In this document: piece after piece, positions 9,787 through 21,440 of the stretch
Position numbering within the stretch: the stretch's first letter is position 1
How the letters are laid out: each line of letters opens with the position of its first letter
Source of the DNA: Gemmatimonadota bacterium
Lineage (GTDB): Bacteria; Gemmatimonadota; Gemmatimonadetes; Gemmatimonadales; GWC2-71-9
Reading direction: 5' to 3'
Assembly (NCBI GenBank): GCA_041497135.1
Contig: JBGQFX010000009.1
Span: forward strand, 128 to 64,127
Length of the DNA stretch: 64,000 nucleotides
Position numbers and translations under genes: made by a program
The notes under the pieces: model-generated
The model's database searches: none
The model's input: the letters and a program-made list of their open reading frames with translations, nothing else
What the model was told of the DNA's origin: nothing

Positions 9787-10386
9787 TCAGGCGGTCAGGG
9801 TACGCCACACCACAGCCCGGATGTCCCCCGACCGCTCCCGCGCAAACTGCTGTGCCGCAGCCAGCTGTTGCACGTACTCCGCGCGCCAGCCTTCCGGGAT
9901 GTTGGCGCGGAAGAAGGGCGCCGTCATCGCTTCGCCCCGGGGACCCGCCGCCGCCCCGTATCCCACGTCGACGACATCGGCCAGAAAACACGTCGAGCTG
10001 CCCGTGTCCATGGCATTCACGATGCGGCATTCGAAGTGCGCGTAGCAGTCGTCCAGCACCGGCGGGCCCAGGCGGCCGGCGTGGCAGGGGACATCGGTGA
10101 GTTTGTCACGGTCCGTACCGTGCGTGAAGCCGAGCCGGTGGATGAGATCGAACTGGTCCCGCCGCAACAGATGCAGCACGAATTGGCCGCTCCCGAAAAT
10201 CAAATCGTGGCTCACGTTGAACTTGTGGATGAACACGGCGAGCCGGGGTATGGTGGGGACGATCGAGGCGCGGATGGCGCTGTCGAGGATCATCCCATTG
10301 CGCTTGCCGCCATGCGCGGAAGTGATCGCCATGACGGGAGACGTCAGATGGCGCAGCAGCTGGTAGGTTTCGTCGGGCGTGACCAT
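9787..10386 (-). CDS. Flavin reductase family (FMN-binding split barrel) protein
   Basis: PVMAITS...NGM...RAS..P...GQFVLHLL...DKL...PVL...FECRIV...TGSSTCFLADV. Start moved to the ATG at 10386. Confidence 0.85.
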   Translation of the reverse strand: MVTPDETYQLLRHLTSPVMAITSAHGGKRNGMILDSAIRASIVPTIPRLAVFIHKFNVSHDLIFGSGQFVLHLLRRDQFDLIHRLGFTHGTDRDKLTDVPCHAGRLGPPVLDDCYAHFECRIVNAMDTGSSTCFLADVVDVGYGAAAGPRGEAMTAPFFRANIPEGWRAEYVQQLAAAQQFARERSGDIRAVVWRTLTA

Positions 10387-10405
10387 GTATAGTAAGGTAA
10401 GGCCC
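10387..10405. promoter_or_regulatory. Overlapping bidirectional -10 elements for two leaderless divergent genes
   Basis: TAAGGT (+, 10393-10398) and TACCTT (-, 10399-10394) each lie 7 nt from a start codon. Confidence 0.55.
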
Positions 10406-11740
10406 ATGCCCACTCTCGCCGAACGTTTCTCCGCCCACCTGCGCCGCCGCCGCCTGTTTTCAGGTCCCGGCGTGGCGCTGGTTGCCGTTTCCGGTGGCCC
10501 GGATTCCATCGCCCTGCTGGACCTGCTGGCGGGCGTGGCGAGTGATGGCCGGTTGCGGCTCGTCGTGGCGCACGTCGATCACGGGATTCAGCCGGACAGC
10601 CCGGCCGTCGCCGCGGCGGTACGGGATCTGGCATCCCGATACGGCCTGCCGTGCGAAGTCGGGCGCCTCGACCTCGGGCCCGCGGCCAGTGAGACACTCG
10701 CCCGGCGCGCTCGTTATCAGTGGCTCGAAGCCACCCGGACCCGGCTCGGCGCCGATTGGATCGTGACGGCGCATCACCGGGACGATCAGGCGGAGACCGT
10801 GCTGCTCCGCACCCTGCGCGGCAGCGGTCCCGCGGGCCTGGCGGGAATGGCGACGCGCACCCGAGCCGGCATCGTCCGGCCGCTGCTCCGGTTCACGCGG
10901 GAGGAGCTGGCCGCACACCTGGCCGCTCGACACCTCGTGGCGCACCAGGATCCGGCGAATGCCGATCCACGCCACCTGCGCTCATGGCTGCGGCAGATCG
11001 TGTTGCCTGCGCTCGAGGCCCGACTCGGGCCCGGTGTGCGCGACGACCTGGTGCGGGTGGCGCGTCACGCCGCGCTGGACCGGCGCGCCTGGGATGCGGT
11101 GCTCGATCGATTGCCCGGCCTGGACGTGCGCCTGGAGGGTCACCGGATCGACGTTGCCCGCGCCGTCCTCGCGGAGTATGATGACGTCCTGGCGGTCGCC
11201 GTGCTGCGCGCGGCGGCCCGGCGCGTCGGGCTCGTCATCGGGCCACGGCGCGCGCGTCGTCTCGTGGATCTGGCGGGGAAACCTTCCGGGCGGCGCCTCA
11301 CGCTGGGAGGGGGCTGGATGGCGGAGGTGGCGTTCGATCGACTCCTGGTCGGGAGAGCCCCACCCCAGGCGCCTCTCGCCGTGACCCCCGCGCTCGATCG
11401 GCATGGGGAGTTGGCGTTTGGTGGGTTCGCCGTGCGGTGGGAGCCGGCTGCCGCGCCGAGCCGGGTGGAGCGCACGGCGTGGCGCACCTGGCTCCCGAGC
11501 GGCGGTTGGGAGTTGCGACCCCCTCGTCCCGGCGATGTGATCGAGCCACTGGGTGGGGTCGGCCACCGGCCGCTGCGCCGGCTGCTGATGGAAGCGCGCG
11601 TGCCGCGTGGCGAGCGCGCGTCGTATCCGGTGGTGGCGCGTGGTGAAACCATTCTGTGGGTACCCGGCATCTGTCGCAGTGCGGTCGATCTGCCGATGCC
11701 GGGAACCCAGGCGGTGCGGGTGGATGTTACGGAGCTCTGA
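10406..11740 (+). CDS. tilS: tRNA(Ile)-lysidine synthetase
   Basis: VAVSGGPDS PP-loop, HVDHG, TAHHRDDQAET, C-terminal TilS_C region; adjacent to hpt-ftsH. Confidence 0.95.
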   Translation: MPTLAERFSAHLRRRRLFSGPGVALVAVSGGPDSIALLDLLAGVASDGRLRLVVAHVDHGIQPDSPAVAAAVRDLASRYGLPCEVGRLDLGPAASETLARRARYQWLEATRTRLGADWIVTAHHRDDQAETVLLRTLRGSGPAGLAGMATRTRAGIVRPLLRFTREELAAHLAARHLVAHQDPANADPRHLRSWLRQIVLPALEARLGPGVRDDLVRVARHAALDRRAWDAVLDRLPGLDVRLEGHRIDVARAVLAEYDDVLAVAVLRAAARRVGLVIGPRRARRLVDLAGKPSGRRLTLGGGWMAEVAFDRLLVGRAPPQAPLAVTPALDRHGELAFGGFAVRWEPAAAPSRVERTAWRTWLPSGGWELRPPRPGDVIEPLGGVGHRPLRRLLMEARVPRGERASYPVVARGETILWVPGICRSAVDLPMPGTQAVRVDVTEL

Positions 11741-12278
11741 GCCCCAGCGGCAGACGGGCGGGACCAAGCTGGCCCGCATCGTCTATCCGGCCGAAACCAT
11801 CGCGGAGCGCGTGGCCGAGCTGGGGCGCGACATCACGAGCGCCTATCCGGATGGCGAGCTCCTCGTGCTGGGACTATTGAAGGGCAGCTTCATTTTCTTG
11901 AGCGACCTGGTGCGACGGATCGACCGGCCGCTCCAGGTGGACTTTCTGGTCGCGGCGAGTTACGGAGCAGGAACCGTGTCCAGCGGAGACGTCCGGTTGC
12001 TGTACGATCCGGAGACGGTGCTCGCGGGACGGCACATCCTCCTGACCGAGGACATCGTCGATACCGGACGGACGCTGAACCGGCTGGTAGAGCTGCTGCG
12101 GGCCCGACACCCGCGCAGCCTGGAGATCTGCGCGTTGCTGCACAAGCACGTGGCCGGAGATCTCGTGTTGGACGCCAAATTCGTCGGTTTTGACGCTCCT
12201 AGGGCCTTTTTGGTGGGCTACGGGCTCGACCACTCGGAGAATTTCCGCCACCTCCCTTATATTGCCAGTCTGACCTGA
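11724..12278 (+). CDS. hpt: Hypoxanthine phosphoribosyltransferase
   Basis: LLKGSFIF, SYG, EDIVDTGRTL, FLVGYGLD. Confidence 0.95.
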   Translation: MLRSSEPQRQTGGTKLARIVYPAETIAERVAELGRDITSAYPDGELLVLGLLKGSFIFLSDLVRRIDRPLQVDFLVAASYGAGTVSSGDVRLLYDPETVLAGRHILLTEDIVDTGRTLNRLVELLRARHPRSLEICALLHKHVAGDLVLDAKFVGFDAPRAFLVGYGLDHSENFRHLPYIASLT

Positions 12279-12279
12279 T

Positions 12280-14261
<1,982 letters not shown>

Positions 14262-14265
<4 letters not shown>

Positions 14266-15431
14266 AGCTCGTGGCGCTCGCGACGCACGGCCCCTCCCAG
14301 GCGGTGCGCGCGGCGCTGGTGGCGCGCGGCTGGGACCCCGACCGGTCCCGCTTCGCCGTGTCCGGTCTCCAACCGCTGACCCTGCTGCTCGACGACATCA
14401 CCGAAACAGAGCGCGAGGCGCTGGTAGGGTGGGGGGCCCGCGCCGGAGCCGACGTTTTGACCGGCGAGGGATGGGCGCTCGTCGCCGCCGCCGCGAGTCG
14501 TCTGGCTCCGCTCGCGCGGGCCGACCGCGTGCCCCCGGGCCTCGCATCGCTGACACCCGAGCTGGCGGAATTCTTCATCACCTATGCCGAGCCGCCGCGG
14601 CGCTGGGCGATCGGCGGGGGCGAGATCGCGCTCGATGAGCCTGTGCTCGTGGGGATTCTGAACGTCACCCCAGACTCTTTCTCGGACGGTGGTCAGTTCA
14701 CTGAAATCGCCGCTGCCCTCCGGCAGGCTGACAAGCTGAAAGCTGACGGCTGTAGGCTGATTGATGTCGGCGGCGAATCGACGCGACCCGGTGCGGCCGC
14801 GGTCGCCCCCGCGGAAGAGATGGCGCGGGTCGTCCCGGTCGTCACAGCGCTGGTGCGCCGCGGATTGGGCCCCGTGTCGGTGGACACACGTAAAGCGGAA
14901 GTCGCCCGCGCCGCTCTCGATGCCGGGGCAAGCGTGATCAACGACGTGTCCGGCCTCGCCTTCGATGCAGGACTAGCCGCGGTCGTGGCAGGCGCGGGGG
15001 CGGGTCTCGTGCTGATGCACATGCGCGGAACGCCGGACACCATGGATGACCTGGCGCGGTACGACCACGTCGCGGCCGACGTCGCCGCGGAGCTGCGCGG
15101 TGCGGCCACCCGGGCCAAGGACGCCGGCATCGCACGGGAGTGCCTCGTGCTCGATCCGGGGTTCGGGTTCGCCAAGTCGGCGGAGCAGAGTTTTCGACTG
15201 CTCGACGAGCTGGCTACGATCGTCGCGCTGGGGTATCCTGTGCTCGTGGGGCCCTCGCGCAAACGCTTCCTCGGCGCGGTAACGGGCCGGCCGGCGGAGG
15301 ATCGCGACCGGGTCACGGCCGTCGCGTGCGCCCTGGCCTGGGAGCGGGGCGCGCGTCTGTTCCGGGTGCACGACGCCGCACTGGCCCGGGACGCGCTCGC
15401 CGTGGCCCGCGCGACGAGCGTCGCCCCATGA
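14262..15431 (+). CDS. folP: Dihydropteroate synthase with ~120-aa N-terminal extension
   Basis: GILNVTPDSFSDGG, DVGGESTRPGA, DPGFGFAK, SRKRF, RVHD. Confidence 0.95.
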
Positions 15432-16228
15432 ACCTCGACGCCTTCCGGTTTCTCATCCCTCAGCTGTGGCCCGACGCGGTCGAGATCCTGGTTGTGGCCT
15501 TCGTGATCTATCGGTTCCTGCTGTTCCTGGTGGGCACGCGGGCGATCCAGATCGTGGTGGGGCTCGTGATCCTGTCGCTCGCGTACTTCGCGGCGGTGGT
15601 CGCGAAGTTTTCCATGATCAGCTACCTGCTCGGCGTGCTGTTCACGTTCGCGCCGTTCGCCGCCGTAGTCATGTTCCAGCCGGAGCTGCGCAACGCGCTG
15701 GCGCGCCTCGGGCAATCCCGGGTCATGCGCGCCTTCGGTCGCGGCGACCGCCACTCGGTGGCCGAGGAGATCGCCACGGCGCTGGACCGGCTGGCGCGCG
15801 GCAACACGGGCGCGATCATCGCGGTGCAGCGCGACATCGGGCTGGAAGAGTTCATTGCCTCCGGCGTCGCGATGGAAGCCAAGGTGTCGGCGGCGCTGCT
15901 CACCACGATCTTCACCCCGTACTCCCCGCTGCACGATGGGGCGGTGCTGGTGCGCGGTGACGAGATCATCGGCGCCGGGTGCGTGCTGCCGCTCACGCAG
16001 TACAAGGTGCAGGACAAGTCCCTCGGCACGCGCCACCGCGCCGCCCTGGGACTCTCCGAGGAGACTGACGCCACGATCCTCGTCGTGTCGGAAGAAACGT
16101 CGACGATTTCGATCGCCTCGAACGGGCGGTTGTACCGGCCGCTCACGCCCGATCAGGTCCGCGACGTTCTCTCGGGCGCCGTGGGGCGACTCGAGAGCCT
16201 GGGCATCGCCGCCGCTCCGGAAGGCTAG
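15428..16228 (+). CDS. cdaA: Membrane diadenylate cyclase CdaA
   Basis: Three N-terminal TM helices, FQPELRNAL, DAC motifs HDGA and TRHRAA. Confidence 0.93.
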   Translation: MNLDAFRFLIPQLWPDAVEILVVAFVIYRFLLFLVGTRAIQIVVGLVILSLAYFAAVVAKFSMISYLLGVLFTFAPFAAVVMFQPELRNALARLGQSRVMRAFGRGDRHSVAEEIATALDRLARGNTGAIIAVQRDIGLEEFIASGVAMEAKVSAALLTTIFTPYSPLHDGAVLVRGDEIIGAGCVLPLTQYKVQDKSLGTRHRAALGLSEETDATILVVSEETSTISIASNGRLYRPLTPDQVRDVLSGAVGRLESLGIAAAPEG

Positions 16229-16257
16229 ATCCGGCGGTGTAGCGGGCTTCCCTGGCA

Positions 16258-16293
16258 TTTCGGGTTGTTTCGGGTTCCGCAGTTCGATACTAT
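16258..16293 (+). promoter_or_regulatory. Sigma70-type promoter for yggS-divIVA with a direct repeat over the -35
   Basis: TTGTTT(16265-70)-17 bp-TACTAT(16288-93), ATG 8 nt later; TTTCGGGTT at 16258 and 16268. Confidence 0.55.
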
Positions 16294-16301
16294 TCCCGGC
16301 T

Positions 16302-16991
16302 ATGACTTTTGCCGGCCTGCCGGAGCGTCTCGCCCACATCCGGGCCGAGATCGCGCGACGGCAACAGGTCGGCGGCTGGACTCACGCCGTCACCGTCGTG
16401 GCGGTGACGAAGGGTTTCGGGCCCGACGCGGTGCGCGCCGCGCTCGCGGCGGGCCTCCCGGACGTCGGTGAGAACCGCGTGCAGGAAGCGCTGGAAAAGA
16501 TGTCCCAGGTCCCCGAGGCGGGCGTTGCGTGGCACCTGATCGGCCATCTGCAGCGCAACAAGGCGAAGCTCGTGCCTGGCCGCTTCACGCTGGTGCACTC
16601 GGTCGACTCGGTGGAGCTGGCGCAGGAGCTGGCGCGGCGGACTGCCGCCGTGGGCGTTCGACAGCGGGTGCTGGTGCAGGTGAACATGGCGGGAGAAGAG
16701 CAGAAGAGTGGCTGCGCCCCGGCGGACGCCCCCGCGCTGGCGCGCCGGGTCGCGGCGCTCGAATCGCTGGCGCTCGACGGTTTGATGACCCTGGCGCCGC
16801 TCACCGACGAGGTGGACACTCAGCGGCGCACATTTCGCGGCCTGCGGCAATTGCGGGACGCGTTGCAAGAGGAGGGACTATGGCTACCGATGCTCTCGAT
16901 GGGGATGTCCGGCGACTACGCTACGGCAGTCGAGGAGGGGGCAACGGTGATCCGATTGGGTACCGCCCTGTTCGGCACGAGGACGGCGTGA
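16302..16991 (+). CDS. yggS: PLP homeostasis protein YggS/PLPBP
   Basis: VAVTK, GENRVQE, WHLIGHLQRNK, LSMGMSGDY, IRLGTALFG. Confidence 0.95.
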   Translation: MTFAGLPERLAHIRAEIARRQQVGGWTHAVTVVAVTKGFGPDAVRAALAAGLPDVGENRVQEALEKMSQVPEAGVAWHLIGHLQRNKAKLVPGRFTLVHSVDSVELAQELARRTAAVGVRQRVLVQVNMAGEEQKSGCAPADAPALARRVAALESLALDGLMTLAPLTDEVDTQRRTFRGLRQLRDALQEEGLWLPMLSMGMSGDYATAVEEGATVIRLGTALFGTRTA

Positions 16992-17458
16992 GCGACGACG
17001 GCTTCCATCTGACGCCGCTCGACGTGCGCCGGCAGGAGTTCCGGCGCAGCCTGCGTGGCTACGAGCCGATCGGCGTCGAGGACTTCCGCATGCGCGTGGC
17101 CGATGAGCTGGAGCGCGTGCTGCGGGAGAAATCGGTCCTGGAAGAGCGCGTCGCGGCGCTCACGGAGCAGCTGCGCGTATTCCGCGAGCGCGAGACGGCG
17201 ATGAACGAGGCGCTCGTGGCCGCGCAACAGCTGCGCGAGGAGACCCGCACTGCCGCGGAGCGGGAGGCCCAGGTGATCGTGCGCGAAGCCGAGACGGAAG
17301 GCCGCCAGCGGCTCGACGCGGCGGATCGCGACGAGGGGCATGTCCGGGAGCGGATGGCGGAAGTGCAGCGCCAGTTCGCCGGCTATCTGGCAGGGTTTCG
17401 CGCGTTGCTCGAGCGGCAGCAGGCGGAGCTGCGCGCGCTGGAGGGCGATCGCGGGTGA
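16988..17458 (+). CDS. divIVA: DivIVA family protein
   Basis: LTPLDVRRQEFRRSLRGY N-terminal DivIVA motif followed by coiled coil. Confidence 0.9.
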   Translation: MSDDGFHLTPLDVRRQEFRRSLRGYEPIGVEDFRMRVADELERVLREKSVLEERVAALTEQLRVFRERETAMNEALVAAQQLREETRTAAEREAQVIVREAETEGRQRLDAADRDEGHVRERMAEVQRQFAGYLAGFRALLERQQAELRALEGDRG

Positions 17459-18264
17459 AGGTGGCGGACGCCGTGCGGGCCGTACGCGCCCGCACCGAGC
17501 TCGTACCCGAGACGGCCGTCATCCTCGGCACCGGGCTGGGTGGGTTGGCGCGAGAGATCCAGGTCGACGCGACCATCCCCTACGCGGACATTCCCGGCTT
17601 CCTGGTGCCCACCGTCGAGAGCCACGCCGGACGGCTGCTACTGGGTAGGCTCGCCGGTCGGCCCATCGCGGCGCTGCATGGGCGTTTCCATCGCTACGAG
17701 GGCTACGCCTTGGACGCCGTGGCGTTTCCGGTCCGCGTGCTCCACGCGCTCGGTGCCCGGACATTGATCGTCTCGAACGTGAGCGGTGGGATGCATCCGC
17801 TCTGGTCCGCGGGCGACCTCGTGCTGCTGGCGGACCACATCAACTTCCTGGGCGACAATCCGCTCGTCGGTCCTCATGACGAGGCGGATGGCCCACGCTT
17901 CCCCGATCTCACGGAGGCCTACGACGCAGGGCTCCGCACGCTCGCGCGCGCGGTCGCGATCGAGCAGGGCGTCACCTTGCGGGAAGGTGTGTACGTCGCC
18001 GTTCCCGGTCCCAATCTCGAAACCCGCGCCGAATATCGCATGCTGCGAGCGGTCGGCGGAGACGTCGTGGGCATGAGCACCGTCCCCGAGGTGATCGTCG
18101 CCCGTCAGCTCGGGATGCGCGCCCTCGGTCTCTCCATCATCACCGATCTCTGCTTGCCGGATGCGCTCGAGCCGGCGTCGGTCGATCGGATTCTCGCGGT
18201 GGCCGCCGCCGCGGAGCCGCGATTCACCGCGCTGGTGGCTGGCATCGTCGCCCGGTCGAACTGA
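17455..18264 (+). CDS. Purine nucleoside phosphorylase, trimeric PNP/MTAP family
   Basis: ILGTGLG, GRFHRYEG, GPNLET, GMSTVPE. Confidence 0.92.
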   Translation: MKVADAVRAVRARTELVPETAVILGTGLGGLAREIQVDATIPYADIPGFLVPTVESHAGRLLLGRLAGRPIAALHGRFHRYEGYALDAVAFPVRVLHALGARTLIVSNVSGGMHPLWSAGDLVLLADHINFLGDNPLVGPHDEADGPRFPDLTEAYDAGLRTLARAVAIEQGVTLREGVYVAVPGPNLETRAEYRMLRAVGGDVVGMSTVPEVIVARQLGMRALGLSIITDLCLPDALEPASVDRILAVAAAAEPRFTALVAGIVARSN

Positions 18265-21200
18265 TGGCGTACACGCCGCTGCCCAAGGACGCCCGCGCGG
18301 ACGCGCTCGAGAAGGAGCTGCTCGCCACCTGGAAACTCGAGCGGCTGTTCGATCGTGTGCAGGAAGCCACGCGCTATGGCCCGCCCTTCGTGTTCTTCGA
18401 GGGCCCGCCCACCGCCAACGGCCGCCCGGGTATTCATCACGTCTTCTCCCGCACCATCAAAGACCTGGTGTGCCGCTATCACACGATGCTGGGGCAGGGG
18501 GTGACCCGCATCGCGGGCTGGGACACCCACGGGCTGCCGGTCGAGATCGAGGTCGAGAAGCAGCTCCAGATCAGCGGTAAGAAGCAGATCGAGGCGTTCG
18601 GCATCGAGAAGTTCAACCGGCTGTGTCGCGAGAGCGTGTTCACCTACAAGACCGACTGGGAAGCGCTGTCGGACCGCATCGGCTACTGGCTGGATTACGA
18701 GCACGCCTACATCACCTACACCAGTCCCTACATCGAATCGGTGTGGTGGTTGTTGCGCCGGCTGCACGATCGCGGCTTGCTGTATCGCGGACATAAGGTG
18801 TTGCCCTATTGCCCGCGCTGCGGCACGGCGCTTTCCTCGCACGAGCTGGCCCTGGGATACGATCAGACCCAGACCAATTCGGTGTATGTGGCGTTTCCGC
18901 TGGCCGACGACCCCAAAGGGCATCTGGTCGTGTGGACCACCACGCCCTGGACGTTGCTGGCCAACGTCGCCGTCGCCGTGCATCCGGATCTGGCGTACGG
19001 TGAATACGCCCTCGCCGGCCCGGACGGCGCGCTGCGCCGCTACATCGCGGCCACCGCGCGGGCCGACGACATCCATGTGCACGGTCGCCGCCTCAGCGAG
19101 GGCGAGCTGGTGCGCACGTTCCAGGGGCGCGAGCTCGTGGGGCAGCTGTACCGTCGGCCGCTCGACGTCATGCCGCTCCCGCCCGACGGGAAGCGGGAGC
19201 TGGTCGTGGCGGGGGACTTTGTCAGCGCCGCAGAGGGCTCAGGGCTGGTGCACATGGCGCCCGCGTTCGGCGCGGACGACTATGCCATCGGCCAGCAGCA
19301 GGGGCTGGCGTTCGTGAACCCGGTCGCGGCCGACGGCACGTTCCAGGGGACGACCTGGCCCGAGATCGAAGGCCAGCTGGTCACGGCCAAGGCGACCAAC
19401 GCGCTGATCATCGAGCGCCTGAAGCAGCAGGGGCTGTGGCTCGAGACCCGGCCGCTCACCCACACGTATCCGTTCTGCTGGCGCTGTGACTCGCCGCTGA
19501 TCTACTACGCGCGCAGCTCCTGGTTCGTGCGTACCACCGCGGTGAAGCAGCGCATGCTGGAAGTGAACGCGGAGGTGCGCTGGCACCCGAGCGAGATCGG
19601 CAGCGGCCGCTTCGGCGAGTGGCTCAGCAACAACGTGGACTGGGCGATCTCGCGCGATCGCTATTGGGGCACGCCGCTGAACGTCTGGGAGTGCGATCGG
19701 GAGCGGGAGCATCGCGAGGTGATCGGCTCCTACGACGAGCTGGCCCAGCGGTGGGGGAAGCCGGTGCCGCGCGATTTTGATCCGCATAAGCCGTTCATCG
19801 ACGGCTACACGTGGACCTGCCGCCAGTGCGCCGGCACCATGCGGCGTGTGCCCGAGGTGATCGACGCCTGGTTCGATTCGGGATCGATGCCGGCGGCGCA
19901 GTGGCACTACCCGTTCGAGCACGAAGCGGAATTCCACGCGCACTTCCCGGCGGACTACATCTGCGAAGGCGTGGACCAGACGCGCGGCTGGTTCTACTCG
20001 TTGCTGGCGATCGCGGTCGGGTGCTTCGACGGCCCTGCCTACCGCAACGTCATCGTGAACGAGCTGGTGCTCGACGCCCACGGGCAGAAGATGTCCAAGA
20101 GCCGGGGCAACGTGGTGAATCCGTGGCAGGTGATCGAGCAGCACGGCGCGGACGCGGTGCGCGTGTACCTGGTGGGCCAGAGTCAGGTCGGGTTGCCCAA
20201 GCGGTTCGATCCGGAAGACGTGGCGAAGCTCGCCGGCGGGTTCTTCAATACGCTGCGCTCGACCTACGATTTCTTTCAGAAGTACGCCGAAGACTGGCGG
20301 CCCGGGGCGGCGGTGCCGCCGCCGGCCGAGCGTCCCGATATGGATCGCTGGCTCCTGGCCCGGCTCGATCAGACCGTGGCCGGCGTGCGCAGCGCCTGGA
20401 ACGACTACGACGTCACCACGGGCGTGCGGGCGATCATCGAGTTCGTCACCGAAGACCTGTCGAACTGGTACGTGCGCCTGAACAAGCCGCGCTTCTGGGC
20501 GCCCGATCGGTCGGCGGACGAAGCGGCGTTGGCCACCCTGCACGAGGCGCTCGTGACGGTGGCCCGGCTGCTCGCGCCGGCGGCGCCGTTCTTCGCCGAC
20601 TGGCTGCACCGCGCGCTCGCCGAAACTCCGGTTCACCTGGAGCGGTATCCCGCCGATCAGGGTCGGCGCGAGCCCGCGCTGCTCGACGCCATGGCGGCGG
20701 TGCGACGGCTGGCCTCGCTGGCCCGGGCGGCGCGAGAATTGCGCAATCTCCGGGTCCGGCAGCCCCTGGCGCGCATGCAGTTGGCCATCCCCACCGCGGT
20801 GCGCGGGCCGGTCTTGGCGGACCTGTTAGATATCTTGGTCGCCGAAGTAAACGTGAAGACGTATCAGGTGGTCGAGTCGGACGACGAGCTGGTCTCGCTC
20901 GTCGGCAAGGCGAATTTTCGCAGCCTGGGGAAGCGCTACGGCAAGGCGACGCCACAGGTCGCGGCCGCCGTGGCGCAGCTGGAACCCGCCGCGCTGCACG
21001 CGTTGGAACGGGGGGAAACGGTGCGCCACGGGGAGTGGGAGCTGCTCCCCGAGGACGTCACGATCATGCGCGCCGTCGCGAGCGACTGGGTCGTGGTCGC
21101 GGATGGCCCGTTCGTCGTGGCGCTCGATCCCGTGGTCACGCCGGATCTCGAGCAGGAAGGGTTGGCGCGGGAGGTGGTGAACCGCGTGCAGCGGCTCCGC

Positions 21201-21440
21201 AAGGAAGCCGATTACGAGTACACCACGCGCATCGAGGTAAGCGTCTCCGGTGCCGCCGACGTCGTGGCGGCCGTGGAGGCGTTTCAGGGATACGTCGCGG
21301 GGGAAACGCTGGCACGGCGCATCGTGCTGGGGACGACGCTCGACGACGCGGACATCACCCGTGACGTCGACATTGAAGGGCGGGCGGTCAGCCTCGCCCT
21401 CCGGCGGCACGACGGACGAAAGGGCGGAACGCTGAGATGA
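18264..21440 (+). CDS. ileS: Isoleucine--tRNA ligase, type 2
   Basis: EGPPTANG, GWDTHGLP, WTTTPWTL, SRDRYWG, DQTRGWF, KMSKS; type-2 C-terminus. Confidence 0.97.
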   Translation: MAYTPLPKDARADALEKELLATWKLERLFDRVQEATRYGPPFVFFEGPPTANGRPGIHHVFSRTIKDLVCRYHTMLGQGVTRIAGWDTHGLPVEIEVEKQLQISGKKQIEAFGIEKFNRLCRESVFTYKTDWEALSDRIGYWLDYEHAYITYTSPYIESVWWLLRRLHDRGLLYRGHKVLPYCPRCGTALSSHELALGYDQTQTNSVYVAFPLADDPKGHLVVWTTTPWTLLANVAVAVHPDLAYGEYALAGPDGALRRYIAATARADDIHVHGRRLSEGELVRTFQGRELVGQLYRRPLDVMPLPPDGKRELVVAGDFVSAAEGSGLVHMAPAFGADDYAIGQQQGLAFVNPVAADGTFQGTTWPEIEGQLVTAKATNALIIERLKQQGLWLETRPLTHTYPFCWRCDSPLIYYARSSWFVRTTAVKQRMLEVNAEVRWHPSEIGSGRFGEWLSNNVDWAISRDRYWGTPLNVWECDREREHREVIGSYDELAQRWGKPVPRDFDPHKPFIDGYTWTCRQCAGTMRRVPEVIDAWFDSGSMPAAQWHYPFEHEAEFHAHFPADYICEGVDQTRGWFYSLLAIAVGCFDGPAYRNVIVNELVLDAHGQKMSKSRGNVVNPWQVIEQHGADAVRVYLVGQSQVGLPKRFDPEDVAKLAGGFFNTLRSTYDFFQKYAEDWRPGAAVPPPAERPDMDRWLLARLDQTVAGVRSAWNDYDVTTGVRAIIEFVTEDLSNWYVRLNKPRFWAPDRSADEAALATLHEALVTVARLLAPAAPFFADWLHRALAETPVHLERYPADQGRREPALLDAMAAVRRLASLARAARELRNLRVRQPLARMQLAIPTAVRGPVLADLLDILVAEVNVKTYQVVESDDELVSLVGKANFRSLGKRYGKATPQVAAAVAQLEPAALHALERGETVRHGEWELLPEDVTIMRAVASDWVVVADGPFVVALDPVVTPDLEQEGLAREVVNRVQRLRKEADYEYTTRIEVSVSGAADVVAAVEAFQGYVAGETLARRIVLGTTLDDADITRDVDIEGRAVSLALRRHDGRKGGTLR

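Noticed and set aside
1304-11740. Functional link between the CAT-anticodon fragment and tilS
   Set aside because: They are 9 kb apart, and the acceptor end CGCCGCT-A resembles elongator tRNA-Met more than tRNA-Ile2; likely coincidence.
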